From the IMG/VR virus record IMGVR_UViG_3300027752_000050, positions 1-36,193 of that record: a stretch of 36,193 bases of DNA; one strand, written 5' to 3'. This stretch comes from a virus. Lineage: Duplodnaviria > Caudoviricetes. Under the pieces are notes generated by a model, which searched no databases, was not told the origin of the DNA, and worked only from the letters and a program-made list of their open reading frames with translations. Shown piece by piece: positions 1 to 8,625 of the stretch. The position numbers and the translations under genes were made by a program. Position 1 is the stretch's first letter; every line of letters begins with the position of its first letter.

Positions 1-221
1 GAGCGTCAGGAGTACACAGCTACTTCAGGCCAGACAACTTTCGCTGCGACTTATGACGTAGGTTTTGTTGATGTCTATCTAAATGGATCAAGGCTTGTTC
101 CTACTACCGACTTCACTGCGAGTAACGGGGCGCAGGTAGTTTTAACCACAGGCGCTACCACAGGCGATAACGTAGGAATAATTGCTTACGGCGCTTTTAG
201 CGTAGCTGATGTTTATACACA
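1..221. repeat. Terminal direct repeat, left copy (assembly overlap of a circular/permuted genome)
   Basis: 1-221 is identical to 35973-36193 (GAGCGTCAGGAGTACACAGC...GTTTATACACA) and lies inside a continuous ORF. Confidence 0.97.
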
Positions 222-2028
222 GGCGCAATCTAACGCTCGGTTTGCGCAGATAGCAAACGTCTACAGCAAGACAGACAGTGACGCTCGGTACACACAAAAG
301 GCTAACAACCTATCTGATTTAGCTTCAGCTTCTACTGCTTTAACCAACTTAGGTCTGACGGCTACGGCGGCCGAGGTAAATGTCTTAGATGGCATTCCTG
401 CTACTTTAACAGCAACAGAATTAGGATACGTTGACGGTGCTACGTCTAACATTCAAGCACAGATAAATAACATAGACGCACTGCCAAGCCAGACAGGTAA
501 TTCTGGCGAATACTTGACTACTAACGGAGCGGTTGCTTCTTGGGCTGCTATTCCTGCGCCAAGTACAGGTTCTTTGTACTTAACTAGCGCAAATTCATTT
601 ACGGCAGGAGACAGAGTTTATTTTAATAATAATCAGGCTGCCTCTTTAACCACCACAATAAGTCAAAGTATTTCGCTTAGCTCTACACAAACTATTACTG
701 GCGGCTTAACGGCATTAGGTACTCCTCATGATGGTGCGTTTGATAAGTACGGAAATTTTGCTCATGTAGCAAGAAATGGAAGCAACTACTTAGTGGCTTG
801 TATTTACGATTATAACGAAGCTACTGGGCAGTTTAGCGCATCAAGTCAGACAACTATATATTCTGGTCAAATGCGAGATACTCAGAACGCAATGAAAATA
901 GTTTACAACCCAGTGGCTGATAGTTTTTGGTGTGCATTTTCAGACACTTCAAATTATCCGAGGGTTGCAGGTTTCCAAAGAGGGCTTAGTGGAGGCAGTG
1001 GTTATGTAGCGAATGTTTCGCAATCGTCGATTGGCAGTAATAGTTTCGGAGGCAGTCACTGTGATATTGCTTGTGATGAATCCACTGGAACAGTAGTCGG
1101 CGCGTGGCATTCAAATCCTTCACAGAATACAAATCTTGCGGGTTTTAAAAATGTCAGCAGCACAACAAGAACTGGTATTTTTACAGAAAAAACATTTGGA
1201 AGTAACAGTGAAAATTATTTCAACAGGATTGCTTTTGATAGCACTAATAACAAATATCATGTTGCAGTAAATTATTATGGCACAACAAGATTTGCCAACT
1301 TTACTTATGATGGAGTTAATTCTCCAACTGTAGCTTCGTCTATTGCGGCTACAGGAACAATTTCATCTTTTAACTCTGGAGCTGCTAATTTAACGCAATC
1401 GGGTTCTAATATGCCTTGGCATAAAGGACAGTCGGCGCTGTTGTTTATGAATGATCTAAGTACATCATCACTGGAATTTACAGCCTTTGTTTATAACAAC
1501 TCAACTAATGCGTATTCTACGAATGGATCTACATCTCTTCCTAGTATTTTTGGTAGTAACTACTCAAGTTATGGAACTAATAAGTATAATAGAATGGTAT
1601 GCCCGTTTGACAGTGACCAGTTTTATATAAACAGTGGCCCATCTTTAAACTTAGCTAGTTATAACGGTACTGCTATTACCAATGTTGCTGCTTCCACTGT
1701 TACAAGTGGATATGATTACATTATTGCTTATAGCTCTGGAAATTTTAAAATAGCGTTACCCGCTTTCACAAGTAATCAATCTCGTTGGCAGCTCAGTGAT
1801 GCAGCTTCTACAGATTCTAAGGCATTTATTGGATTTGCAGGAGCATCGGTTTCTTCAGGAGTTAATTTAGAAATAAAAAGCACTAGCGCCATCGAATCTA
1901 ACCAATCGGGATTGTCCGCAGGTAGTCAGTATTACATTGCAACTAATGGGGCGATATCAACTACCGTGTCCGATACTAGAGCAGGTAAAGCCCTATCAGC
2001 AACTCAACTACTGGTGAATGTCACATGA
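1..2028 (+). CDS. Tail fibre/receptor-binding protein 1, 3' part (gene starts at 34500 and crosses the junction; ~1166 aa total)
   Basis: Frame 1 is open from base 1 into the listed 514..2028 ORF. Motifs VYLNGSRL..TDFTA.NG..V.L, NNLSDLASASTALTNLG and LPSQTGNSGEYLTTNG, plus a C-terminal GLSAGSQYYI...G.ALSATQLLV cap, are typical of phage fibres. Confidence 0.88.
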   Translation, partial: ERQEYTATSGQTTFAATYDVGFVDVYLNGSRLVPTTDFTASNGAQVVLTTGATTGDNVGIIAYGAFSVADVYTQAQSNARFAQIANVYSKTDSDARYTQKANNLSDLASASTALTNLGLTATAAEVNVLDGIPATLTATELGYVDGATSNIQAQINNIDALPSQTGNSGEYLTTNGAVASWAAIPAPSTGSLYLTSANSFTAGDRVYFNNNQAASLTTTISQSISLSSTQTITGGLTALGTPHDGAFDKYGNFAHVARNGSNYLVACIYDYNEATGQFSASSQTTIYSGQMRDTQNAMKIVYNPVADSFWCAFSDTSNYPRVAGFQRGLSGGSGYVANVSQSSIGSNSFGGSHCDIACDESTGTVVGAWHSNPSQNTNLAGFKNVSSTTRTGIFTEKTFGSNSENYFNRIAFDSTNNKYHVAVNYYGTTRFANFTYDGVNSPTVASSIAATGTISSFNSGAANLTQSGSNMPWHKGQSALLFMNDLSTSSLEFTAFVYNNSTNAYSTNGSTSLPSIFGSNYSSYGTNKYNRMVCPFDSDQFYINSGPSLNLASYNGTAITNVAASTVTSGYDYIIAYSSGNFKIALPAFTSNQSRWQLSDAASTDSKAFIGFAGASVSSGVNLEIKSTSAIESNQSGLSAGSQYYIATNGAISTTVSDTRAGKALSATQLLVNVT

Positions 2029-2309
2029 AGCTAATTTGCATGAAAGAAAATAAAGAAGTGAAATGGATTGTAGAAAACGATGCCGTGGTTGAATTGCTTG
2101 AAAGCTCAATAGAAATGTACGGCTCTTTTAGAATGACTGTTTCTGATTGCAACGCCTCTAATACAGAAGTAATTGAAACAGATGTTGCTCCTCCAGAAGA
2201 TTGGCTTGGAAGCAAATATATAATTGAAAAATCAAATGATTCATCTGTTGCAGATTCTTGGGTTTTAAATTCAGAGTATATAGAACAGAGTAATGAGGAG
2301 TCTGCGTAA
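2025..2309 (+). CDS. Small acidic protein, probable tail-fibre assembly/chaperone
   Basis: ATGA overlap with the fibre 1 stop; position between two fibre genes; PPEDWLGSKY motif. Confidence 0.6.
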   Translation: MKLICMKENKEVKWIVENDAVVELLESSIEMYGSFRMTVSDCNASNTEVIETDVAPPEDWLGSKYIIEKSNDSSVADSWVLNSEYIEQSNEESA

Positions 2310-5300
2310 TGAGCAATTCAAGAGACATAGCCGATAGCGCGGCAACTATAAATTTTATAGACACCGTTACCTCTAATGTGCAGACGCAACTGAACACAGC
2401 GACAGCGGCTATTGCTACGAATACTTCAGCGATTAGCAATATCTCTGTGACTAACGGTTCATTGACCAAGACCTTCGTAAACGGCGAGACAGCATCAATC
2501 TCACTGACTAGCTCTGTGCTTGCGCCTGTCGTTTCTGTGACTAAAGAAGTCCCACAGTCAGGCGTGACCAATAACTCATGGGATGTTAATTCTACTTCAC
2601 AGAATTACACGAGATTGGATAGTGCTGCTGCGACTACTTTGAATTGGGTTGGCGGCGATATCTCTGAGGCAACATTCGCATCACAAAGTTTTAATGCTCT
2701 TTCAGTGGTTGGCGGCAATGTTGCTGATTTAGCTTTAAAGCCTGATGGTTTAAAAATGTTTCTGTGTGCAGGTACAGGAGTAATTTACGAATATGCGCTA
2801 AGTACGGCTTTTGACGTATCAAGTGCTAGTTATAGCAGCACCAGTAGCAATATATCGACACAAACTCCTGCATTAACAGGAATTTCGTTTAGTCCTAATG
2901 GGGCAAAAATGTATGCGGTAGGCACTACAAACCGAACCATATACGAATTTGATTTAAGCACTCCGTGGAGTGTTGCTTCCGGTTCTCTTTCGTACTCTGG
3001 CAATAGTTTCAGTATAGCCTCAAAAGAGACTTCCCCAACAGGCGTTACTTTAAATCCTTCGGGTACAAAAGTTTATATCATTGGCTACAACTCGGACAGT
3101 GTGCATGAGTTTGCTTTAAGCACAGCCTTTGATATAAGCAGCGCATCCTTTACAAGCACTTTTAGTATTGCGTCACAAGAGACAAGCCCTCAAGCTATAC
3201 TATTTAATTCTGATGGAACTTTGATGTTTATTTGTGGAAGCAATTCCTCAAAGATTCATGCTTACAATCTTTCGTCTGCTTACGACATTTCTAGTTCGGT
3301 TTATAACTCAAAGTTCTTATCAGTTGCGTCACAGACGACTTCTCCTGTGGGGTTTGCCTTTAACCCGCTCGGTTCGAAGCTGATGGTATTTTCGGCAAAC
3401 AACAGTAATGTTTATGGATATACGCTACCGCTAGCTCTATCACTAGGCTCAGGCTCATTCGCCTCAGCAGACGTAGGCAAGACCATCGAAGCTAACTCAG
3501 GTGCGTTTGTCTTAACAGCGACAAGCGGTAGCTATTTACAAGTCACAGCTCCTACCTCATTTAATCAAGTCGCGTCAGGCTCTTGGGGGATGTTTGGTGT
3601 TATCTATAACACTACCGATGGTGACCTGGAGCTTAGTGGGGGAGTCGGTGAAGGATATTCTTTAAGCGATGCTTCTTATACTCAAACCTTCTCAGTATCG
3701 GCTGACGACACTTCACCCGCAGGAATAGCCTTTAACACTGATGGTTCGAAGATGTACGTTGTTGGAGGGGCAGGTCAGGATGTAAACGAATACAATTTAT
3801 CAACTGCTTTTGATATCTCTACTTCAGTGATTTCGTATGCGTTTTCAGTAGGAAGTCAAGACACACAACCACTTGATATACATTTTAGTCCGTCAGGTTC
3901 TCTTATGTATATTCTTGGCACTACTAGCGACTCCGTGTATGAGTATGCATTAAGCACTGCTTTTTATGTTGGCTCTGCATCCTTTGTTCGAAGTTTCTAC
4001 CTTGGTAGCCAAGAAATATATCTAAACGGATTAACAATGAGTTCTGACGGCACTAAGATGTTCGTTTGTGGTTCTCAAGGAGCAGATATAAATGAATACA
4101 CGCTATCAACAGCCTTTAATGTTTCCACTGCTTCATTTGTAGATTCGTTTTCAGTATCAAGTCAAGATTCCGACCCAAGAGGATTAAGTTTTAATAGCGA
4201 CGGTACTGAGATATTTATGGTAGGACAATCAAGTCAAGCTATATATAAATACAGCTTAGCCACGGCCTATGATATATCTACAGCATCTCTTGCAGATAGT
4301 TTTTCTATAGCCGCTCAAGAAACAGCCCCAACAGGAATAGCGTTTAGCACTGGCGGCGCTCAGATGTTTGTTTCTGGCACAACAGGAGATGATGTAAACG
4401 AATATTCTATTCAGTCAATAACCCTTCTTGCAGGCTACCACGCAGCACACACCACGGCGTCAACAGACACTACCTACTGGACAGACATCAACAGCATGAC
4501 GGCTAACCAAGCTGCGGGTAGCGGCAATGTCTACTACTGCATCTCTACAGACGACCGTACTACTTGGACTGTCATTGATAACACTGATGGCGAGAGAGAT
4601 ATTGTCAGGAACAACGCAGGTACTTGGCAGTATAACTCTAACGCTACATACGCTTCAGAGACTTGGGCGAATGGTACTACGAATACTGAGTTAGCTACGA
4701 TTGCACAGGCTATGACAGGTGCTAGTTCTGCCGTTGGCTATCAGCTTGCTACTGCTAGTTATGACTCTGTTAGTTTTAATGCCTCCGCTCAAGAAACAAA
4801 CATCTTTGGCCTGACCTTTAATGCAGACGGAACTGCAATGTATACGTTAGGTTACGGTGCCAATACTGTTTATCAATACACACTATCAACTGCTTACGAT
4901 ATTACTACTGCCTCTTATGCTTCAAAAAGTTTTAGCGTAGCAAGCCAAGAAACAACTGCGCTAAAAGTTAAATTCAATACAAACGGAACAAAGATGTTTG
5001 TTGTTGGGCAAACTAATGACACTGTATTTCAATACACGCTATCAACTGGCTTTGATGTTTCTACTGCTAGTTATGCCTCAGTTAGTTTTAGCGTTGCAGC
5101 CCAAGAAGTAAACCCAGTGGGAATGGCGTTTAATACTGACGGAACAAAGATGTTTATCGTTGGTAGTGCTAATAACACAGTATTTCAATACACGCTATCA
5201 ACTGGCTTTGATGTTTCTACAGCGTCTTATGCTTCTATAAGTTTTAGTGTTTCTAACCAATCTACCAGTAGCAACGAAGTATTATTTAATTCAGACGGAA

Positions 5301-5794
5301 CAAAAATGTTTGTATTGGATAATGCCAATCCGGACGAAATATATCAATACACTTTATCTACGGGATTTAATGTTTCTACTGCTAGTTACGATTCTGTAAG
5401 TTTTGACGTAACTGCTCAAACAACTACCGCAAGTGGAATGGCATTTAATGGCGATGGAACAAAGCTCTTGCTTGCTTCTTTTAACAACGGAACTATTTAT
5501 CAATACAACACAAGCACAGTAACCTACACAAACCAAATGGACAAGACTCAGCTAGACGCTGTAACAGACCCAAACCACATAGCTCTTGGTAATGACTTTG
5601 ATTTGTCTATTATCCTGAACATGACCAGTGGTACTACAGTGCCTTCTTCAAACGGTGTAGCGATTAACTACGATGCTAACATTTTAAATCAAGGTGCTGT
5701 GTTGGGTACTGATTATAACTTTGATGCTCCTGCTCAGAACTCTGTAAGGATTACAGCGTTGGCGGGTAATAATCTTAAAGTGCGGGTTGTTTAA
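2309..5794 (+). CDS. Tail fibre/receptor-binding protein 2 with beta-propeller-like repeats
   Basis: 1161 aa, Ser/Thr-rich, with three blocks of ~50-aa repeats (F..DGTKMFV.G...D.V.QY.LST.FDVSTASY..SFSV..QE..P). GAGGAG RBS upstream. Confidence 0.85.
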   Translation: MSNSRDIADSAATINFIDTVTSNVQTQLNTATAAIATNTSAISNISVTNGSLTKTFVNGETASISLTSSVLAPVVSVTKEVPQSGVTNNSWDVNSTSQNYTRLDSAAATTLNWVGGDISEATFASQSFNALSVVGGNVADLALKPDGLKMFLCAGTGVIYEYALSTAFDVSSASYSSTSSNISTQTPALTGISFSPNGAKMYAVGTTNRTIYEFDLSTPWSVASGSLSYSGNSFSIASKETSPTGVTLNPSGTKVYIIGYNSDSVHEFALSTAFDISSASFTSTFSIASQETSPQAILFNSDGTLMFICGSNSSKIHAYNLSSAYDISSSVYNSKFLSVASQTTSPVGFAFNPLGSKLMVFSANNSNVYGYTLPLALSLGSGSFASADVGKTIEANSGAFVLTATSGSYLQVTAPTSFNQVASGSWGMFGVIYNTTDGDLELSGGVGEGYSLSDASYTQTFSVSADDTSPAGIAFNTDGSKMYVVGGAGQDVNEYNLSTAFDISTSVISYAFSVGSQDTQPLDIHFSPSGSLMYILGTTSDSVYEYALSTAFYVGSASFVRSFYLGSQEIYLNGLTMSSDGTKMFVCGSQGADINEYTLSTAFNVSTASFVDSFSVSSQDSDPRGLSFNSDGTEIFMVGQSSQAIYKYSLATAYDISTASLADSFSIAAQETAPTGIAFSTGGAQMFVSGTTGDDVNEYSIQSITLLAGYHAAHTTASTDTTYWTDINSMTANQAAGSGNVYYCISTDDRTTWTVIDNTDGERDIVRNNAGTWQYNSNATYASETWANGTTNTELATIAQAMTGASSAVGYQLATASYDSVSFNASAQETNIFGLTFNADGTAMYTLGYGANTVYQYTLSTAYDITTASYASKSFSVASQETTALKVKFNTNGTKMFVVGQTNDTVFQYTLSTGFDVSTASYASVSFSVAAQEVNPVGMAFNTDGTKMFIVGSANNTVFQYTLSTGFDVSTASYASISFSVSNQSTSSNEVLFNSDGTKMFVLDNANPDEIYQYTLSTGFNVSTASYDSVSFDVTAQTTTASGMAFNGDGTKLLLASFNNGTIYQYNTSTVTYTNQMDKTQLDAVTDPNHIALGNDFDLSIILNMTSGTTVPSSNGVAINYDANILNQGAVLGTDYNFDAPAQNSVRITALAGNNLKVRVV
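4740..5510 (+). repeat. ~156-bp tandem coding repeats (52-aa propeller blades)
   Basis: An exact 41-nt match GTATTTCAATACACGCTATCAACTGGCTTTGATGTTTCTAC occurs at 5024-5064 and 5180-5220; further degenerate copies flank it. Confidence 0.85.
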
Positions 5795-6981
5795 TGAGTC
5801 TAGTAGACTACGCAAAGACAGACCGACATCGTGAAGCAATGCAAGTGTGGGAAGAATGTGGTCGTAATAGTGCAAGGGCTGCGGGGGTACTAGGTATCTC
5901 GCAGTCCACCATGCGCGACTATGTGTCTATCACCAAGAACACTGCGGCGGCTGCGGGATACTCTGAGAATTGGGATGCTCGAAGGCACGTACCGGAAGGT
6001 GAGTTTGTCATCGGTCGCTCTATCTATACGACAAATGACGATGGCGAGAAGGCGTGGCTAAAAACGCGCCGCACCATGACCGAGGCTGCGCGAGATAAAG
6101 CGCTGCAAGGTTTTGTTGACGGTCTTGTTAAAGGGATTAAACCGTACAAGCCCAAAGCCAAGCCAAAGACTAAGAAGTTTGCTACGGATTTATTGCCTGC
6201 AATTGTAATAGGTGATGCCCACTTCGGTATGAGGGCAGACGCAAGAGAGACCAAGGCTCGTGATTACGATACCAAGATAGCCTCGCAAGATATGCTAGCG
6301 GCTATAGAGTATTTGGTAGATGCTGCTCCTGCATCCGAGCAGGCACTACTGGTCAACGTAGGAGACTTTATTCACGCCAATGGTAGTAGTGGCACTACCT
6401 TTGGAGGAACGAAGCTAGACGTAGATACCAGAATAGAAGTAGTGCTTGAGATAGCAGCGCAGACTTTTTTGTACGCAATAGATAAGTTGCTTACGAAACA
6501 TAAGAGTTGCGTTGTGGTAATGGCTAGAGGTAACCACGACTCAGATACTGCCATCGCCCTCGCGCTGATCTTGAAGTTCTACTACTCTAAAGAACCACGA
6601 GTGACCATCTTAGACCCTCACGGATTCTTTCACACCGTGCAGTTTGGCAAGAACCTCTTAGCGGTGCATCATGGGGATAAGGTCAAGGCTGTAAAGCTAG
6701 GCGCTATCCTACCTAAGATGTTACCAGAACAATGGTCAGCCACTGTCTACAGGAAGTGGCTAGTAGGACACATACACCACCAGAACGCCATAGAAACAGA
6801 TAACGGCGTTTTCGTGGAAGCCTTTGGCACATTAGCCCCACCTGATTCTTGGCATGCAGGAGCAGGATACGGTGCTTCTAGCGTGATGAACCAAGTAGTA
6901 TTCCATCGTGACGGAGGAGAGGTTCTTCGTCATGTTTATCAAATCAGAGACTCGCGTAAAGTCCCTGACCTGACGCTATAG
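5794..6981 (+). CDS. Calcineurin-like metallophosphoesterase with N-terminal HTH
   Basis: All five motifs are present (GDAH, VGDFIH, GNHD, HHGD, GHIHH). N-terminal SARAAGVLGISQSTMRDY is HTH-like. Confidence 0.85.
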   Translation: MSLVDYAKTDRHREAMQVWEECGRNSARAAGVLGISQSTMRDYVSITKNTAAAAGYSENWDARRHVPEGEFVIGRSIYTTNDDGEKAWLKTRRTMTEAARDKALQGFVDGLVKGIKPYKPKAKPKTKKFATDLLPAIVIGDAHFGMRADARETKARDYDTKIASQDMLAAIEYLVDAAPASEQALLVNVGDFIHANGSSGTTFGGTKLDVDTRIEVVLEIAAQTFLYAIDKLLTKHKSCVVVMARGNHDSDTAIALALILKFYYSKEPRVTILDPHGFFHTVQFGKNLLAVHHGDKVKAVKLGAILPKMLPEQWSATVYRKWLVGHIHHQNAIETDNGVFVEAFGTLAPPDSWHAGAGYGASSVMNQVVFHRDGGEVLRHVYQIRDSRKVPDLTL

Positions 6982-6989
6982 GTAGTAGT

Positions 6990-7241
6990 ATGGAAGACCG
7001 ATTAAGCCGAGTAGAAAAGAAGATTGACACACTCCAAGAAGCTATCGTGTCATTGGCGCGTGTTGAAGAAAGACTTGTCACTGTGTTTAATCGGCAGTCC
7101 CATATAGAGACTAAGGTAGACGCGATGGATGAGAAGGTGGATAGATTATCCGAAAGCGTCATTAAGGGTAAATCAGCCGAGCGAATAGTCTGGCTAGTCG
7201 TAGCAGCGGCAATCGGCGCAGCCGTCAGGTATATAGGATGA
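6990..7241 (+). CDS. Coiled-coil protein with C-terminal TM helix (holin/XhlA-like lysis-module protein)
   Basis: Heptad pattern followed by IVWLVVAAAIGAAV; lies upstream of the endolysin. Confidence 0.65.
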   Translation: MEDRLSRVEKKIDTLQEAIVSLARVEERLVTVFNRQSHIETKVDAMDEKVDRLSESVIKGKSAERIVWLVVAAAIGAAVRYIG

Positions 7242-7423
7242 CCACAATTGAGTTTCCAGATGTACGGAATGACCGTTTAACTGAGGAAGCCCTTGATAAG
7301 CTCGGTGAGTGGGTTGAGCACTACATTGAGCTAGGCGTCAATCAAATCACTATTATCGGGCTGCTGGATATTTACAAAACCTCTCTCTCATTTAATTTAC
7401 TGGAAGACGAAGAAGATGATTAA
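7238..7423 (+). CDS. Hypothetical acidic protein
   Basis: Overlaps both neighbouring genes (ATGA overlap upstream); 61 aa. Confidence 0.6.
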   Translation: MTTIEFPDVRNDRLTEEALDKLGEWVEHYIELGVNQITIIGLLDIYKTSLSFNLLEDEEDD

Positions 7424-7670
7424 GAAAGCAAAGGCGGCCATTACGCTACTACAGAAAGGAAAGGCAGTATCAGACCCAGCCAAGTGGAAAGCTCGTCAGA
7501 TCACCGCTACGGCCCTCACAGGGGCATTCTGGGCAGCTATTCAGGCAGCAGAGGCGTTTGGTTATGCGTTACCAGTGGATGAAGCTACCGTTGATTCTGT
7601 TGCTATTGGGTTTCTTGCTCTCGTCAACTGGGTGCTCACACTATCAACATCTGAAAAAGTCGGGATGTAA
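7416..7670 (+). CDS. Putative holin (two hydrophobic segments)
   Basis: ITATALTGAFWAAI and VAIGFLALVNWVLTL segments, basic N-terminus, lysis-module context. Confidence 0.6.
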   Translation: MIKKAKAAITLLQKGKAVSDPAKWKARQITATALTGAFWAAIQAAEAFGYALPVDEATVDSVAIGFLALVNWVLTLSTSEKVGM

Positions 7671-7773
7671 TTTGGGGGTAAAGCCTGTTATAGTCAACCC
7701 GCACTGGGTACACGTTGTGCCTAATTTGTATGGCGTAGAAGCCATTTTGCTGACTATGGAGTGTAAGATATGA
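7579..7773 (+). CDS. Putative lipoprotein (o-spanin-like) overlapping the holin-like gene
   Basis: ATG 7579 gives MKLPLILLLLGFLLSSTG-C, a signal peptide II with lipobox-like Cys. Fills the 7670-7770 gap and has an ATGA overlap with the next gene. Confidence 0.6.
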   Translation: MKLPLILLLLGFLLSSTGCSHYQHLKKSGCNLGVKPVIVNPHWVHVVPNLYGVEAILLTMECKI

Positions 7774-8033
7774 ACATATTTACCTATTTAAGCTGGGTCA
7801 AAAAGCTCTGGACGACCGTTGTAGAGATCGTAAAGCTAATCGAAGAAACAATCCCTGATGACGGGGCCGGCAAGGCTAAACTTGCTGCGTTTGATTTGAT
7901 GTTAAAGGCCGCGCTAGAAAAGGCAGACGACATTGATGAGAGCTTTGATAGGCTTCAGCCAGTAGCGCACGATATTGTGGGCGCAGTCGTTACTCTATTC
8001 AACGCTACAGGTTTGTTTAAGCGAGCAGAGTAA
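7770..8033 (+). CDS. Hypothetical amphipathic lysis-module protein
   Basis: GGAG RBS; coupled to the endolysin start (TAATG). Confidence 0.65.
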   Translation: MNIFTYLSWVKKLWTTVVEIVKLIEETIPDDGAGKAKLAAFDLMLKAALEKADDIDESFDRLQPVAHDIVGAVVTLFNATGLFKRAE

Positions 8034-8449
8034 TGGATAGGCTACAACGCCTGCTAATCAGGCACGAGTCTCTCAGGAATAAGCCTTACGAGGACACAAC
8101 TGGGAATCTCACTATTGGGGTTGGAAGAAATCTTGAGTCACTTGGCTTGTCTCGTGACGAGTGTTTATATCTGCTCGATAACGATATAGCTCGCTGCGAC
8201 CGAGAGCTCAGACACAACTTCAAATGGTATCTAGAGCTCTGTAGGGTCCGGCAGGACGCTATGATAAACCTTTGCTTTAATCTGGGCATCACTCGCCTAC
8301 TTACCTTTAAAAAGGCTCTCGCCGCGATGGCTGAGGGCGATTTCAATAAAAGTGCAGACGAGTTTCTTGATTCTAAATGGGCAACTCAAGTCGGGCCCAC
8401 GCGCAGCAGTGATATAGACTGCATGGTGCGGACCGGAAGATACCCGTAA
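8033..8449 (+). CDS. Endolysin, T4-lysozyme-like (GH24)
   Basis: HESLRNKPYEDTTGNLTIGVGRNL has E-x8-D-x5-T catalytic spacing; also NLCFNLG and SKWATQVG motifs. Confidence 0.93.
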   Translation: MDRLQRLLIRHESLRNKPYEDTTGNLTIGVGRNLESLGLSRDECLYLLDNDIARCDRELRHNFKWYLELCRVRQDAMINLCFNLGITRLLTFKKALAAMAEGDFNKSADEFLDSKWATQVGPTRSSDIDCMVRTGRYP

Positions 8450-8489
8450 AAAAAGACCCCTAACCAGCGGGAGAGCCAGTTAGGGGTCT
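8448..8489 (-). terminator. Intrinsic terminator on the minus strand
   Basis: 11-bp stem 8454-8464/8479-8489, extended by G.U pairs only on the minus strand, followed by U7 (A-run 8448-8454). Confidence 0.8.
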
Positions 8490-8519
8490 GCGGTGGTAGC
8501 TGACGGAGATAACCACTCG
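8448..8519 (-). ncRNA. Candidate ~70-nt two-hairpin sRNA with anti-SD loops
   Basis: Minus-strand TATACT -10 at 8529-8524, then a hairpin GUGGU-[UAUCUCCGUCAGCU]-ACCAC, then the terminator hairpin with loop UCUCCC. The -35 is poor. Confidence 0.55.
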
Positions 8520-8549
8520 ACAGAGTATATCCGATTTTTCTTTTGTTGA

Positions 8550-8593
8550 TGTCATCCATTTTGCTTGACAACAGATACGCATCTCTTTACTAT
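8550..8593 (+). promoter_or_regulatory. Sigma70 promoter for the recombination operon with overlapping TGTCA-N11-TGACA operator
   Basis: TTGACA 8565-8570, 17-bp spacer, TACTAT 8588-8593; TGTCA at 8550-8554. Confidence 0.85.
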
Positions 8594-8625
8594 CGTCTAC
8601 GTTATTAACTGACGGAGTAAAGAAA

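Noticed and set aside
1-221. 221-bp end repeat as a biological terminal repeat (T7-like DTR) or att site
   Set aside because: It falls mid-gene in the tail fibre with the frame continuous across the join, so it is best explained as assembly overlap of a circularly permuted genome.
514-2028. Stand-alone 504-aa gene starting at TTG 514
   Set aside because: The frame is open back to base 1 and across the junction to ATG 34500.
4740-5510. Regularly spaced repeats as a CRISPR array or DGR template/variable repeat
   Set aside because: They are in-frame 156-bp protein repeats without unique spacers; there is no cas or reverse transcriptase gene and I saw no adenine-specific mismatch pattern.
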